A stretch of DNA of 64,000 bases from an uncultured Anaerolineales bacterium. GTDB lineage: Bacteria > Chloroflexota > Anaerolineae > Anaerolineales > UBA11858. The notes beneath the pieces were generated by a model that made no database searches, was not told the DNA's origin, and saw only the letters and a list, made by a program, of their open reading frames with translations. Position 1 is the stretch's first letter, and the number at the start of each line of letters is the position of its first letter. The stretch spans positions 66,632 through 130,631 of the forward strand of contig CAZRUS010000004.1 in the NCBI GenBank assembly GCA_964603385.1, written 5' to 3'. The position numbers and the translations under genes are program-made. Positions 18,901-26,707 of the stretch are shown here, in pieces.

Positions 18901-20303
18901 TCAAGGGTGGGAATGCCCGGGCCTATGTGGAAATCCTTTCCAACCCGGCATGGGAGGGTCGTTCACTGGGATCGGCAGGACTGGATCAGGCGGCGGAATA
19001 CATCGCTGGACAGTTTGAGTCCCTGGGGCTGCAGCCTGCCGGGGAGTCCCTGACCTATTTTCAAACCCGCCCCCGATCCTATCAGCAGCTGGATGCCATC
19101 CCGAAGCTCCGCTTCCATGACACCACCTACCAGCCGGTGTATTATGAGGATTTTTCCGCCTACGTCAGCCAATACCGCAACCTGGGAGAAGCGACCGCCC
19201 CGGTCACCTACCTCGGCATTGGTGAGCTGATGGAAATTGGACAGATGTTCCGGAATTATCCCGCCCTGGAAGAGCTGGATTTCAGCGGGGAAATTGTTAT
19301 GGTCTCATCCGACCAAGAGGCGGACATTATCCATGATATGCCCAAATCGGGGGTGCTGGTGGTCACTGAGGATCACAACCTGCTCAGTCAGACCGCTACC
19401 TATTCTTCCCGAACCCCGTATTACCAGCCTTTTGGGCTGGATGAAACCCGGGGCATGGATACGCCGGTCCTGCGCATCAGTGAAAGGCTGGCGGACCACC
19501 TGCTGGCGGATACGGGAACTGAGCTCGATCAGCTGCGGCTTGACCAGGAGAAGCTGGAACAGGACGAGTTCCTGATCATCCCCACCGGGAAAACGGTCAC
19601 CATGGAGGTGGAAGGAACCATTCATGATGATGAGGAAGTTGTCAATGTCATCGGCCATTTACCGGGCCTCAACGCCCAGCTGGATGAGCAGTTGATTGTC
19701 ATCATGGCTCAATATGACAGCCCTCCGGTGATCCAGGGGCAGACCCCAGCGGATGCCGCCAACAACAATGCCTCCGGTGTGGCTGTGCTGCTGGAGTTGA
19801 TCCGCACCCTCCAGGAATCCGGATATCAGCCGAACAAGACCTTCCTGTTTGTGGCTTATGCCGGGGAAGGCATGGAAGGGGGAGAGTGGGCGGTTCCGGA
19901 GGTATCCAAGCTGCTGCAGACAAAATACGGCTTCTCCACCGCCTTTGATGTGGAAGCGGTGATCGAGATCCGCGGGGTGGGAGCGGGCAGCGGTGATGGA
20001 TTGATTACCTCCACGGAGGGCAGTTTGAGGCTGGTAGAATTGTTTGAATCCAGCGCAAACCGTCTGGGGGTGGGTCTGGAACGGGCTGAGGATCGCCTGG
20101 ATTTGAGCGTGATCTTCGAGGAAGGCAGCCGTTATGAGTCGGCAGACGAGGCGCCTTATCTGGAGATTTTCTGGGATGGATGGTGGGAAGTCGGCGGGAC
20201 TCCCTGGGATAATCTGGAGGAGATCTCAGCAGACAACCTGGAGCTGTCCGGAGAGGTGCTCAGTCTGGCAGCCATGGTGCTTGGCTACGAGGTCAACTAC
20301 TGA
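15903..20303 (+). CDS. 1466-aa fusion protein: ABC-2-type permease, DppB-like permease, DppC-like permease, an extra TM helix, and a PA/M28-peptidase-like ectodomain
   Basis: One uninterrupted frame. Residues ~1-270 are 6 TM and ABC-2-like. The next module carries the coupling motif YIRTAYSKGLRGIYVTAVHLLRNAAVPV and ends LLIDPRLR. After a basic linker comes a DppC-like module with WGTDPLGRDLMS and FIEGAQAAGANSLRIIRKHVLPNLVPE. TM helix YTLAALAVLGGLFFWF follows. The ectodomain has a PA-like DFSGEIVMVSSDQ and M28-like NNNASGVAVLLELIRTL. Confidence 0.8.
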   Translation: MWSEYKHTLRKLRGQILGWSLGVVLYSLLMVFIYPDIAEIDISSLLESYPEEMLAFFGDSIRALTSAQGYLDIYFFNYMTVVLGIFAVGTGAKLLVKEEEEGLMDLILAYPVSRSSLFWGRIFGYITALAAVLALAWLTWWLPSRMVGLELTAVQLLRPFLSLFGVLLVFGSFSLLLSLLLPYSRAAGMLSGGALIASYLLLGLSNINQNLEPLTKLTPLHIYQGGQAISGLNLDWLLIYGELVILFLFLAWWRFLERDIAVGGEGGWKELLPGQRETSRNPSLWKQIRQPMLFFGQRLIFGLLVLGFISYASFLGLDMARGEPFQEAAVQSARKTLDYAGDVIQGEFGQTSSGSVSLRSKPVEEVVPAVLGRSLGLLGVSLAFAAVVGVLLGIFIAGKRSGITLGAIIFSIAGVSVPSFFAALLLQLGVIQLTKITGRTLLPAGGFGWDNHLVLPALVLAARPLAQISRVTFVTVEDILSQDYIRTAYSKGLRGIYVTAVHLLRNAAVPVLTTIGLSLRFALSSLPIVEFYFGWQGAGYTLLQAISNRDDYLTVILVLCLGILFIVVNMLLDGAYLLIDPRLRSKTEKANLRNRETIWQKGKKFASAVKHFFTERKWQSWFRKKQSAGPSPFREIIDSREEEFVYNDQLELTRHRARVWLKGTLGNPALIIGTVIVLALLGVMLLSPVISPHSPYSTQSMTIEEGEFSVPPFPPGERFPWGTDPLGRDLMSLIFAGAQQTLTLAVSVVAVRLLVGFLLGAAGGWNSGGGLDRFVLGLSEVISAFPALLLVMVLILGIGIRQGMQPFIIALSFIGWGEIMQFVRSKVMEIKTKLFIEGAQAAGANSLRIIRKHVLPNLVPEMVSILSLEMGAVLMLLGELGFIGIFIGGGAFAELEIWGPPYHYSDVPEWGALLSNIRLYARSYPWTALYPAGAFFVAILGFNFFGEGIRRLIDHVGVAATRLFVNKYTLAALAVLGGLFFWFRGSTGSLAVFQQQARTFKGGNARAYVEILSNPAWEGRSLGSAGLDQAAEYIAGQFESLGLQPAGESLTYFQTRPRSYQQLDAIPKLRFHDTTYQPVYYEDFSAYVSQYRNLGEATAPVTYLGIGELMEIGQMFRNYPALEELDFSGEIVMVSSDQEADIIHDMPKSGVLVVTEDHNLLSQTATYSSRTPYYQPFGLDETRGMDTPVLRISERLADHLLADTGTELDQLRLDQEKLEQDEFLIIPTGKTVTMEVEGTIHDDEEVVNVIGHLPGLNAQLDEQLIVIMAQYDSPPVIQGQTPADAANNNASGVAVLLELIRTLQESGYQPNKTFLFVAYAGEGMEGGEWAVPEVSKLLQTKYGFSTAFDVEAVIEIRGVGAGSGDGLITSTEGSLRLVELFESSANRLGVGLERAEDRLDLSVIFEEGSRYESADEAPYLEIFWDGWWEVGGTPWDNLEEISADNLELSGEVLSLAAMVLGYEVNY

Positions 20304-20344
20304 CCAGGATCTTGCCGATTGATTGGCTGCCGGCTGGGGACTTT

Positions 20345-21301
20345 TCAGGGTTGGGAATAGATATCCCCCCCGGGCACCTGCACAGAATCCAGAAGATAAT
20401 CCAGGATGGTCCCTTCATCGCGCTCCTGCAGCCGGGCACCAGGGGCGAGGATCAGCCGGTGGGCCAGGATCGGCGTGGCGATCCTTTTGATATCATCGGG
20501 GGTGACATAGTCTCGGCCCTGCAGGGCAGCAATGGCCTGTCCCGCACGGAATAACCCCAGGCTTCCCCTGGGGCTTGCACCCAGATAGATATCCTCATGG
20601 GAGCGCGTGCGCTGCACCAGATTGATGATATAGCGCTTGATGGGAAAAGCGATGTGCACAGAACGGATAGCCTGCTGCACATCCAGCACATCCTGGACAG
20701 TGACCACAGCGCCCAGATCCCTAATGGGATGGCGGTACTGCTGCTGATCCAGGATGTCCATTTCTTCCTTTTCCTTTGGATAGCCCAATTTGATGCGCAT
20801 TAAAAAGCGATCCAGCTGAGCTTCCGGAAGGCGGAAGGTGCCCTCATGTTCAATAGGATTCTGGGTTGCCAGCACCATGAACAGGTCAGGAAGAGGGTGA
20901 GTGATGCCATCCACAGTAACCTGCTGTTCCTGCATGGCTTCCAGCAGCGCGCTCTGGGTTTTCGGTGTCGCCCGGTTGATCTCGTCGGCGAGGACAATTT
21001 CTGACATGACCGGACCGGGTCGAAATTCAAACTTTTTGGTTGCCTGATTGTAAATTGAGACGCCGGTCACATCACTGGGCAGCATATCTGGTGTGAACTG
21101 AATGCGGCCAAATTTTCCGCCCAGGGAGATGGCCAAACTGCGGGCCAGCATGGTCTTTCCAACTCCCGGGATATCCTCGATCAGCAGGTGTCCCTCACAG
21201 AGCAGACAGGCAACGGCCAGCTGAATGACGTCCCGCTTGCCCACGATCACTTTCTCAATGTTTGTGATTAATTGATCGGCAAATTGCTTAACGTTTTCCA
21301 T
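20345..21301 (-). CDS. MoxR-family AAA+ ATPase
   Basis: Walker A DIPGVGKT, Walker B VLADEINRATPKTQSALLEAM, and LATQNPIEHEGTFRLPEAQLDRF, typical of MoxR/RavA-like ATPases. Confidence 0.9.
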   Translation of the reverse strand: MENVKQFADQLITNIEKVIVGKRDVIQLAVACLLCEGHLLIEDIPGVGKTMLARSLAISLGGKFGRIQFTPDMLPSDVTGVSIYNQATKKFEFRPGPVMSEIVLADEINRATPKTQSALLEAMQEQQVTVDGITHPLPDLFMVLATQNPIEHEGTFRLPEAQLDRFLMRIKLGYPKEKEEMDILDQQQYRHPIRDLGAVVTVQDVLDVQQAIRSVHIAFPIKRYIINLVQRTRSHEDIYLGASPRGSLGLFRAGQAIAALQGRDYVTPDDIKRIATPILAHRLILAPGARLQERDEGTILDYLLDSVQVPGGDIYSQP

Positions 21302-21310
21302 GACTTTCCT

Positions 21311-23743
21311 CTAGTAGGGTTGTTTGATTTGATCCGGGGAGATCGTGGGTGCTGTATCCCAAAAAAACTTGCGCAGCAGCCAGAAGCGGTGTGCTCTGAC
21401 CAGCAGCCACAGATACCAGAACCGGAGCCGCAGCCGCTGAAATGTAATCAGGAAGTCTTTGGGAATGATCTCTCTGCCCTGATCAGGACTGAAGAGCACC
21501 CGGTAATACGCCTTGGTGATCTCTGAAAACGCTTGCTGCGCTTCCATCAACCACTCTTCCCGCCAACTTCCCTTTCCATATCGCTTCATGTGCCGGCTGA
21601 AACGCTGAAAAAATTCCTCCGGCGTATCCCCGGGGCGGGAGGGAAATCCCATCCAGCGGGCGTACCGGTAGATGCGACGGTACAACCTGGGAAGCAATCT
21701 CTGTGCTGGAAGCATCCTCAGCACAGCCAGATCGGCAGCCAGCCCAAGGGCTGCCAGAAGGATCACCCCACCGATGATGCCGGCGGCGGTCCAAAACCAG
21801 GAAAATTCACTCCAAAATCTCCGACAGTTGAGTGGGTCAAAATCGGCTTGGTAATCATCGCTGAACTTCGGTGCGGCATCCGCAGGACGGTCAATCGGCG
21901 GTCTGCCACCGGTGGGCTCAAAGGCAATCCAGCCGTTTTCAGGAAAGTAAATCTCCACCCAGGCATGCGCCAGGTCAGCGGTGATCCGGTAAGTGTTGGA
22001 ATCGGCGAGGTACTGGCCGCCCAGGTACCCGGTTACCAGGCGGGCAGGAAGACCGGCCGACCTGGAAAGCACCACCATGGTTGTGGCGTAGTAATCGCAG
22101 TACCCCTGTTTGGCGGTGAAGAGGAAATACTCAGCTAAATCCTGATCAATGGGCGGCTGAGGCAGATCCAGGTTGTAGGGGAACTGCCGCAAATAAGACT
22201 CGATAGCTACAGCCCGATCGTACGGCGTGGGCTCCGTGGCGGTCAAGTCCCTGGCCAGGGCATGGACCCGCTCCGGAACGGAGTCCGGAAGGGTAAGATA
22301 GCGCTCCCGTATCCACTGCGGATAATCCTGGTCAGCGCGCTGGAGTTCTTTTTCACCGGCCCTGGGGTAGAGCGAATCGGCCAGGTAGCTGGTCTCCTGG
22401 ATGACGGCTCCAAAGATATCGAAGGCATTCAGGTCGCTGTCCTGCACCCGCCAGGCTACCTGAAACTGCTCATCTGCGCTGAGCGGGATGCCGGCGGTGT
22501 ACATCACCCCTCCCAGGTCCTGGCGGTACTCCACCCGCTGGCGGATGACCTGATAATTTTCCGGCCACTCGCTGAGGGTTGTTTCTCCGGATTGAACCGT
22601 TTCTTGTTCGTTTTCTCTGGAGACCCAGCCGCGGCCGATGTAGAGGTCATAGGTCAGCCCCCGCCAGTAATATTTCTCGCCCTGCGCCCCTGCTGGCTGC
22701 TGATTGAGCTCCCCCTGGGGCTGAATCTGGACCGTCATTACCACCTGATCGCTGAGTTCGGGTCCGGAACCAATCAGGTGGCGGTTGGGCAGGCCGGGAG
22801 CTTGAAAGTTTTCGAAGATATTGACGGTTTTTTGATCCTCCTCCCGGTCAAGCCCCAGGGAGCGCAGCAGATCATCCTCCTTCTCTGATTCCTGCCCCAG
22901 CCGCTGGATGGTTTCTGCGATCCGCTGGATGGAGAAGGTGGGCGTGATCATGGAAAACAATGTGATGCCCAGGGTGACCACCAGGGCTGCGCCGGTGATT
23001 TTTTCCCGGATAATTCCGGCGTATTCCAGCTCCTGGTCCTGCCAGGTTCTCTCCCTGGCGTCGTGCTGCACCAGTATGGAAAGGGCGGTGGTGAATGCCA
23101 GAATGGGGACCAGATGATAGGCGGTTTTTCCGGAATAAATCAGGTCCAGGGAGGAAAGTCCCAGCAAGGGCAGCAGCGCCAGCAGGGGCTGCTGGCGGCG
23201 AAATATCAGCCACATCGCCCAGACTGCAATTACCCAGATCAAAAACCCCCAGAATAAGGCAGTCACAGTAGGATCATAATAAGGCTTTCCCTGCAGGCTG
23301 TTCCCTGCCCAGGTCAGATAGCGGGTGCCCAGAACCTGGATGCGCTCTCCCAGTTCGGCGATGCCCAGCTGGATCGGTCGGAGCTCCGGGGCGGCATCCT
23401 GCTGAAAGATCCACCGCCAGGTCGCTGTGCTGACCCGAAAAAGGGCTGAAAATAACTCCAGGAGAAGTCTTTCTAAACGGGCAACACGGATGACCAGGAT
23501 ACCCAATCCGAGAAGGAAGGCAGCCAGGGATCCTTTCCAGATGGAAATTGGGGCGATAGCCAGGACCCAACCCACCACCAAACCGGCCATCGCCATCAGC
23601 ATCAGCAGGCTGTTTTCTAAGCCCTGAATGGAGTTTCTGAGGATGCCTGCCAGGTTCACAAAGATCACCAGGATCAGCACCCAATTCCGCAGGGTCGGTC
23701 TGGAGAGATATCGCTGCTGAAACTCCCGGAGCGCGGTGATCAT
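21311..23743 (-). CDS. Transglutaminase-like domain membrane protein
   Basis: Multi-TM N-terminal half. Transglutaminase core GYCDYYATTMVVLSRSAGLPARLVTGY (Cys), LAHAWVEIYF (His), GWIAFEPTGG (acidic position is Glu here). One further C-terminal TM. ATGA overlap with the DUF58 gene. Confidence 0.85.
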   Translation of the reverse strand: MITALREFQQRYLSRPTLRNWVLILVIFVNLAGILRNSIQGLENSLLMLMAMAGLVVGWVLAIAPISIWKGSLAAFLLGLGILVIRVARLERLLLELFSALFRVSTATWRWIFQQDAAPELRPIQLGIAELGERIQVLGTRYLTWAGNSLQGKPYYDPTVTALFWGFLIWVIAVWAMWLIFRRQQPLLALLPLLGLSSLDLIYSGKTAYHLVPILAFTTALSILVQHDARERTWQDQELEYAGIIREKITGAALVVTLGITLFSMITPTFSIQRIAETIQRLGQESEKEDDLLRSLGLDREEDQKTVNIFENFQAPGLPNRHLIGSGPELSDQVVMTVQIQPQGELNQQPAGAQGEKYYWRGLTYDLYIGRGWVSRENEQETVQSGETTLSEWPENYQVIRQRVEYRQDLGGVMYTAGIPLSADEQFQVAWRVQDSDLNAFDIFGAVIQETSYLADSLYPRAGEKELQRADQDYPQWIRERYLTLPDSVPERVHALARDLTATEPTPYDRAVAIESYLRQFPYNLDLPQPPIDQDLAEYFLFTAKQGYCDYYATTMVVLSRSAGLPARLVTGYLGGQYLADSNTYRITADLAHAWVEIYFPENGWIAFEPTGGRPPIDRPADAAPKFSDDYQADFDPLNCRRFWSEFSWFWTAAGIIGGVILLAALGLAADLAVLRMLPAQRLLPRLYRRIYRYARWMGFPSRPGDTPEEFFQRFSRHMKRYGKGSWREEWLMEAQQAFSEITKAYYRVLFSPDQGREIIPKDFLITFQRLRLRFWYLWLLVRAHRFWLLRKFFWDTAPTISPDQIKQPY

Positions 23744-25041
23744 CCCAGCGTCCTCCAGGAAACAGTCTGTTGATTGAGTCCCCGGGAATGCTGTCTGAGG
23801 CGTTCACCAGGCTGCATTTTCTGTCCATCCGCTATTCTCCCGGACAGATCCTGCAGCAGATCATTAATCAGGTAATATTTGATGCCCATGTCCAGGATAT
23901 TTTCTTCCATCAGTTCCGGGGTCTGGGATCCACCAAAGGCAGCCGGGTTTAACAGCAGGACTGTGGGCACAATTCCTTTTCTCAGCAGGTATCCCAATTT
24001 ATCCAGCCAGGCGGGATGGGCATTGGCCGTGATGATAATCAGGCTGGTGCGCTGCGCTAAAGAGGATCGCAGGTGATCGAGCATCTCAGACAGGGAAGGT
24101 CCTTTAGGACGCACAACGGCCAGGGACCGCAGCACCGTCCAGAGGTGGGACTCCCCCTCATCAGGGGGATGCCAGATCAACTCTCCTCCATGGGTGACCA
24201 GGCCGACCTGTTTGCCGTTCTGCAGCCCCTGGTGAACCAGAGATGCTGCCAGGATGACGCCGATTTCTTCCGAGGAGTCCTCTCCCTCCCCGACCTGCAC
24301 AGCGGGATCCATATCCAGCAGCACCCACCAGCTGCTGGAGGGCGAGTAATCAAACATACGCACGTAGGGTTCCCCTGTCCGGGCTGTGGTGGGCCAATGG
24401 ATCCAGCGCAGGCTGTCGCCGGGGGTATACTCCCGGACTCCACCGGCAATAATTGTCCGTTCCAGCCCCCGGTAGGTGGACTGCCCTTCGCCGGTTCGAC
24501 CACCCGGGGCAATTTCAATCCGGGGAAGGGGAACTACGGGCGGGACTACCATCATCGTCACCGTCTGAGGGTAATCAATCCGCACTCTGAAGATCCCCAG
24601 CGGATCCCCCGTTTCCACACTGGTTGGGCCCAATGTAAAAATACCCCGGCGGTGGCAGATCCCCTTAGTAAACCAGTGGGTGTACCACTGGCTGCGGACA
24701 CTGGCAATCCTGTCCACAGCATAGCCGGGCATTTGGGAGTGGTCAATAATCCGGACCCATAGGGCTGGAAATCGGCTGTCATTTTCCAGTGAAAGCCGCT
24801 CCTGGATGTGATCCCCTACCTGCATCCAACCAAAACGCATTTCCCGCTCCATGTGCAGGAGGTCTTTCAATCTCCATGCCCACAGAAAAGCCAGGGCGGT
24901 CATACCGCCAAAGCCAGAAGCAAGGATTACCCAGCCTTTAAAGGGAAAGAAAACTTGTAGAACAATCAGCAGCGCTGCCAATCCGGGAATCAGCCAGGAA
25001 TTAATCTTAAAAGTTCGTTTTGGGGATACCTCTAAATTCAT
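23740..25041 (-). CDS. DUF58 (vWA-like) protein, MoxR partner
   Basis: ATG 25041 gives MNLEVSPKRTFKINSWLIPGLAALLIVLQVFF with two N-terminal TM helices. DUF58 signature REYTPGDSLRWIHWPTTARTGEPYVRMF. The 80 codons upstream in the ORF-track frame have no recognisable features. Confidence 0.85.
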   Translation of the reverse strand: MNLEVSPKRTFKINSWLIPGLAALLIVLQVFFPFKGWVILASGFGGMTALAFLWAWRLKDLLHMEREMRFGWMQVGDHIQERLSLENDSRFPALWVRIIDHSQMPGYAVDRIASVRSQWYTHWFTKGICHRRGIFTLGPTSVETGDPLGIFRVRIDYPQTVTMMVVPPVVPLPRIEIAPGGRTGEGQSTYRGLERTIIAGGVREYTPGDSLRWIHWPTTARTGEPYVRMFDYSPSSSWWVLLDMDPAVQVGEGEDSSEEIGVILAASLVHQGLQNGKQVGLVTHGGELIWHPPDEGESHLWTVLRSLAVVRPKGPSLSEMLDHLRSSLAQRTSLIIITANAHPAWLDKLGYLLRKGIVPTVLLLNPAAFGGSQTPELMEENILDMGIKYYLINDLLQDLSGRIADGQKMQPGERLRQHSRGLNQQTVSWRTLG

Positions 25042-25279
25042 ATGCTGATTATAACAAAGCTTTATTTTCCCCTGACTTAACGGCAAATGTGAAAAGCTCC
25101 GGGATTTTTGATGAGTTCTGATGGGCCCGGGACCGCATCCAGCCGTGACAGAGAGCGGGTTCTGACAGGCGTGGATGAACAACAGCTGTTGGGAGATCAG
25201 CTCGTTCCCTAATAAATTTGCAAGGTACTTTCCAACTTCAACCCCGTGTTTCCGGTGCTCCCCGTGATACAATTTTGCC

Positions 25280-26374
25280 ATGGGTGATAGTTTTCGTATT
25301 TTACTTGTAGACGATCATCAGGATATCCGCACCGCCCTGCGAGCCAATCTGGAAACCCTGGGGGAGAATATTGATCTGGTTGATGCTCCTACCGGGGAAG
25401 AAGCCATTTTGGAAGTCGTTGGGACCGGTGTAGATCTCCTGATTGCGGATATTGGGCTGCCTGGCTTATCCGGGCTGGAAGTGTTCACGAAACTGAAGAA
25501 CACTTATCCGGAAATGCAGGTAATTTTGATGACCGGCTTGGAGGATGAAGACATCCGGGAGCAAATTTATGAAGCGGATGTGGAGGCCTATTTTTTCAAG
25601 CCCATCAACATGCCTGAGTTCTTGAACGCTGTCAGGCAAACCATGGGATTGGAACCGGTAAACTACCACACGGATGAACTGCCCAAGCTGATCAAGAAAC
25701 CGCTTCATAATGATCTCACCGCCCGGGTGGCAGACCTGCGGGGAGAGCTGGGGGCCATTTCCGCGCTGGTCATTCATGAACCGGGGGTGATTGCAGCAGA
25801 AACGGGGATTATTCCTGATACAGTGTATGAGTCCCGGGTTCTGCCGCTGCTGCTGCAGAGCTTTCGGACCACCAATCAGATATCCAGCGCGCTGGGAAAG
25901 TCCTCACCAGAGGGCGTGTGGTATTTCAATGGAGAAAACCACGACCTTTTCTGGCAGCAGATTGACAACGAATATGCCTTGGTTGTGATCACCACGCCGG
26001 TGACTCAGAAAACCGATCTCACCTGGGTGCTGACCATGCTTGATTTGGCCGCCAAAGAGACAGCTCAAGTGATTGCTGCTGTGGAGGGAAAAGCCGCCCA
26101 TCTGGAGGAGAAATCAGCAGAACAGGAAACCTCTTCCCCCCAAAAGAGGGACAACGGGAAGGTCAGAGCTGCCCAGAAATCAGAGCCCCCACCTGAGTCA
26201 GAAGAGCTGGATGAGAAGCTGGAACAGGAGATGGAAGAGGGCATCCCTGAAGAGAGCGAGGTCCATGAGTTCTGGAAAGCTGCTACTCTGGAAACTGAAA
26301 TTCTTCGGATCGAGTCCCCGGATTCCCTCACATATGAGCAGGCCAAAAAGCTGGGGCTCACCCCGGGCGACTGA
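25280..26374 (+). CDS. Response-regulator receiver protein with an uncharacterised (possibly Roadblock/LC7-like) middle domain and an acidic tail
   Basis: REC motifs LLVDDHQD, LLIADIGLPGLSG (phospho-Asp), ILMTG and FFKP. The middle block is ELGAISALVIHEPGVIAAETG ... YALVVITT. The C-terminal ~90 aa are Glu/Ser/Pro-rich. Confidence 0.8.
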   Translation: MGDSFRILLVDDHQDIRTALRANLETLGENIDLVDAPTGEEAILEVVGTGVDLLIADIGLPGLSGLEVFTKLKNTYPEMQVILMTGLEDEDIREQIYEADVEAYFFKPINMPEFLNAVRQTMGLEPVNYHTDELPKLIKKPLHNDLTARVADLRGELGAISALVIHEPGVIAAETGIIPDTVYESRVLPLLLQSFRTTNQISSALGKSSPEGVWYFNGENHDLFWQQIDNEYALVVITTPVTQKTDLTWVLTMLDLAAKETAQVIAAVEGKAAHLEEKSAEQETSSPQKRDNGKVRAAQKSEPPPESEELDEKLEQEMEEGIPEESEVHEFWKAATLETEILRIESPDSLTYEQAKKLGLTPGD

Positions 26375-26465
26375 CAGAACAATCCTCCATTCCTGCTGAA
26401 AAATAGCCAAAACACGACTCCATTGTCAGGGATTTTCTCCTATGTTACAATGCACTGGCTGATGT

Positions 26466-26537
26466 TGGGGAGTGGTGCAATTGGCAGCACAGCGGCCTTT
26501 GGAGCCGTTAATCTTGGTTCGAGTCCAAGCTCCCCAG
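26466..26537 (+). tRNA. tRNA-Gln (anticodon UUG)
   Basis: Folded by hand. Acceptor TGGGGAG/CTCCCCA, D arm GTGC-AATTGGCA-GCAC, anticodon arm GCGGC-CTTTGGA-GCCGT (UUG), 4-nt variable loop, T arm CTTGG-TTCGAGT-CCAAG, discriminator G. CCA is not encoded. Confidence 0.9.
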
Positions 26538-26707
26538 CTCCAGTTCTGGATTATGAGACCTGAACGGCAGGGGAAGTTTCCAGGTAGCTTCTTGAAAACA
26601 CTTCTGGCAAGCGAGTGCGGGGTTAGTGTGATGCAATCCTGGCTCGCTTTTTTTCTTCTGGAAGGGATTTCCCTGCCAAAAAAATCTACAAATCAAAGGA
26701 AGAGAAT

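Noticed and set aside
25042-25281. 80-codon N-terminal extension of the DUF58 ORF (MAKLYHGEHRKHG...)
   Set aside because: The internal ATG at 25041 is followed immediately by the two TM helices typical of DUF58 proteins. The extension would also consume the whole divergent promoter region up to the REC gene start.
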